64,000 bases of DNA from Candidatus Eiseniibacteriota bacterium (lineage in GTDB: Bacteria; Eisenbacteria; RBG-16-71-46; CAIMUX01; VGJL01): positions 608,001 through 672,000 of the forward strand of contig CAWBWI010000006.1 in NCBI GenBank assembly GCA_963792585.1, in the 5' to 3' direction. Positions 61,916-64,000 of the stretch are shown here, one piece after another. The notes beneath the pieces were generated by a model. That model was given only the letters and a program-made list of their open reading frames with translations, was not told the origin of the DNA and did not search any database. Made by a program: the position numbers and the translations under genes. Every line of letters starts with the position of its first letter. The first letter of the stretch is position 1.

Positions 61916-62470
61916 ATGACCGATGGCATTGTGCTCCTTCGTCTGATGACACCCGCTGATGCCGCGGAGCACCTTGCCGGAGAGGACGAATTAGCGGCCC
62001 GGTTTCTGTCCGGTGGTCGGAGCACTATGGAAACCGTCCTCGCGTCGATCGAACGAAATCGGCTTTCCTGGGCTTCCGCCGGACCGGTGCGCTGTCTTGG
62101 CATCCGCCTAGCTGCCACGGGGGTTCTCATTGGAATGGTGGAGGCCAACCTGGCCGCCCCAGGCTTCCGCCCCCGGGTGGCGAACATTTCCTACGGCCTC
62201 TACCCGGGAGCTCGAGGACAAGGCTACGCGACCCGCGCCGTCGCTCTCATGGTCCGCTATCTTACGGAGGATTCGGTCGCCGATGTGGCCGCGATTCAAG
62301 TGCATCCCGAGAATCACGCGTCGGCTCGCGTGCCCGTCCGAGCCGGCTTCCGCTTCTTGGGCGAGCGCGTCGGGCCGGAAGGTGATCGCATGATGACGTA
62401 CGCCAGGGCCCTTCGATCGTTGGAGGGTGAACTGAGGCTCTCGGATGTATGCGAGCTCCCGCGCGGTTGA
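61916..62470 (+). CDS. GNAT acetyltransferase (RimJ/RimL-like)
   Basis: ISYGLYPGARGQGYATRAV...NHASARV. Confidence 0.85.
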   Translation: MTDGIVLLRLMTPADAAEHLAGEDELAARFLSGGRSTMETVLASIERNRLSWASAGPVRCLGIRLAATGVLIGMVEANLAAPGFRPRVANISYGLYPGARGQGYATRAVALMVRYLTEDSVADVAAIQVHPENHASARVPVRAGFRFLGERVGPEGDRMMTYARALRSLEGELRLSDVCELPRG

Positions 62471-62522
62471 TGGTTCGAAGCACGGACGTCCGCCGGACGT
62501 GAGGAATGGAGGAGGCGACTGA

Positions 62523-62915
62523 ATGGCGATTCGCATAGTGCGGCTGGGAAGCCCGAGAGTACCCGGAGAGGGCCTGCGCCTGGGGACCGTACGCCGCCCT
62601 CCTCGCGGCGTCCCGAAGGCAGAGCACGCATCGCGGGATTTCTACGACGTATGGCTCCCGGACCTTGCGCCTTCGGAGAGCCTGGTGAAGGAAGCGCTCC
62701 AGGCCTCCGATGAGCGGACGTGGCGCGGCTTCGTGAGACGATATCGCGCGGAGATGAAGCGTCCGGAGGCCGCTCGCCTCTTCATGCTCCTGGCCGCTCT
62801 GTCCCGCCAGACCAACTTCTCGGTGGGCTGCTACTGCGCTGAAGAAGCGCGCTGCCACCGCTCCGTGTTGAAAGCGTTGCTTCTGGAATACGGCGCGACG
62901 CTGTTCACCTGCTAG
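62523..62915 (+). CDS. DUF488 family protein
   Basis: RRPPRGV...WLPDLAPS...CHRSVL. Confidence 0.85.
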   Translation: MAIRIVRLGSPRVPGEGLRLGTVRRPPRGVPKAEHASRDFYDVWLPDLAPSESLVKEALQASDERTWRGFVRRYRAEMKRPEAARLFMLLAALSRQTNFSVGCYCAEEARCHRSVLKALLLEYGATLFTC

Positions 62916-63048
62916 ACTCACCCGTCACGGTCCCGGCGGTGAGGTAGGGCAGCGACTCGCGGTTTCCGACACCGTCGGGCCCCGCGGACTTCGTCCCGCG
63001 CCATCGGACGACACATGGCCGTATCACGTCAGGCCTTAGGAGAATGCC

Positions 63049-63861
63049 ATGGATCGCAAGGTCGATCTTTTCGACAGCACATACAGCAACTTCGAGGCGG
63101 AGGTGCTCGCACGCATTCGCCGGAAGACGTTCGGGGAGGACTTCGGTCAGAACAGTTGGACAACGGCAGAGGAATACCGCCGCTGGGCGGACTGGTTCGC
63201 GCTGAAGGATGACTCGCACGTCCTGGAAGTGGCCAGCGGTTCAGGTGGCCCCGCGATCTTCCTAGCGGAGATGAGCGGCGTGCGCGTCACGGGTATCGAC
63301 ATCAATGCCCACGGCGTGGCGGCGGCAACCAAGAGAGCGAAGGCGCTCGGACTCGACGCCCGCGTCAGCTTCAAGGAGGCTGATGCGGGCACGGCCCTCC
63401 CCTTCCCCGATCAAACCTTCGACGCGATTCTCTGCGTCGACTCGGCGAACCACTTCGCCCATCGTCTGGCAGTGCTGAAGGAGTGGCGCCGCGTCCTCAA
63501 GCCCGGAGGCAAAGCCCTCTTCACGGACCCTGTCGTCATCACGGGCCCGGTCTCGAACGAGGAACTCGCAGCAAGGAGCTCGATCGGCTACTTCCTGTTC
63601 GCGCCACCGGGCGTGAATGAGCGTCTGATCGAAGAAGCCGGCCTTGCGCTCGTTGGGAAAGAGGACGTGACCGAGAATGCGGCGGTCGTCTCGAAACGAT
63701 GGCACGACGCGCGGGCCGATGACTACGATGCGATGGTGCGGATGGAGGGCGAGGAGCGTTTCGCGGGGCTCCAGGAATTTTTCTCCGTCGTTCATCGGCT
63801 CACGAGCGAGCGCCGACTTTCCCGGCTCGTGTACTTGGCGGAGAGGCGAGGGGCCGCGTAA
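63049..63861 (+). CDS. Class I SAM-dependent methyltransferase
   Basis: VLEVASGSGG; LPFPDQTFDAI; VLKPGG. Confidence 0.88.
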   Translation: MDRKVDLFDSTYSNFEAEVLARIRRKTFGEDFGQNSWTTAEEYRRWADWFALKDDSHVLEVASGSGGPAIFLAEMSGVRVTGIDINAHGVAAATKRAKALGLDARVSFKEADAGTALPFPDQTFDAILCVDSANHFAHRLAVLKEWRRVLKPGGKALFTDPVVITGPVSNEELAARSSIGYFLFAPPGVNERLIEEAGLALVGKEDVTENAAVVSKRWHDARADDYDAMVRMEGEERFAGLQEFFSVVHRLTSERRLSRLVYLAERRGAA

Positions 63862-64000
63862 CAATTGGTCGCGGCGGACAGTCCATGGTGGCAATCGGCT
63901 TCGGCCGAACCGCCTTCAGGTCGTGCCCCCGGGTGGCCACGCGTGCGCACGGATCGCTTTGTTACACGAGTTCTAGCCGCCCGGTCGACGCTCACCGGCC

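Overview
GC-rich bacterial chromosome segment. The lineage is inferred, not shown: FCB-group such as Eisenbacteria/Latescibacterota, based on the C-terminal motifs. Positions 1-10.9 kb hold housekeeping genes: tricorn-like protease, ArsC, DinB, VOC, YyaL, and a heterodimeric ABC exporter behind a probable leader-peptide attenuator. From 11.0 kb to the end lies a large sedentary integron. Its intI (11016-12026) is co-oriented with the array and is followed by an RHH/MazF toxin-antitoxin pair, an attI crossover at G12978, and roughly 55-60 cassettes. About 40 cassettes carry a native 131-135 bp attC family (subtypes A, B, C); about 13 carry short heterologous or decayed attC sites. The main observation is that the native attC sites are stop-free in one fixed reading frame (N-S-R-I-H-L...A-G-D-A-N-V, crossover inside the Val codon). 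Nearly every cassette places a start codon in that frame just after its own gene. The resulting peptide then either stops on or next to the start codon of the next gene or fuses in frame with it. This suggests an order-independent translational relay and fusion system built into the recombination sites. Fifteen cassette proteins also share a signal-peptide-like N-terminus plus a C-terminal [TS]WGxx[RK]xx[FY]R motif, a candidate sorting signal.
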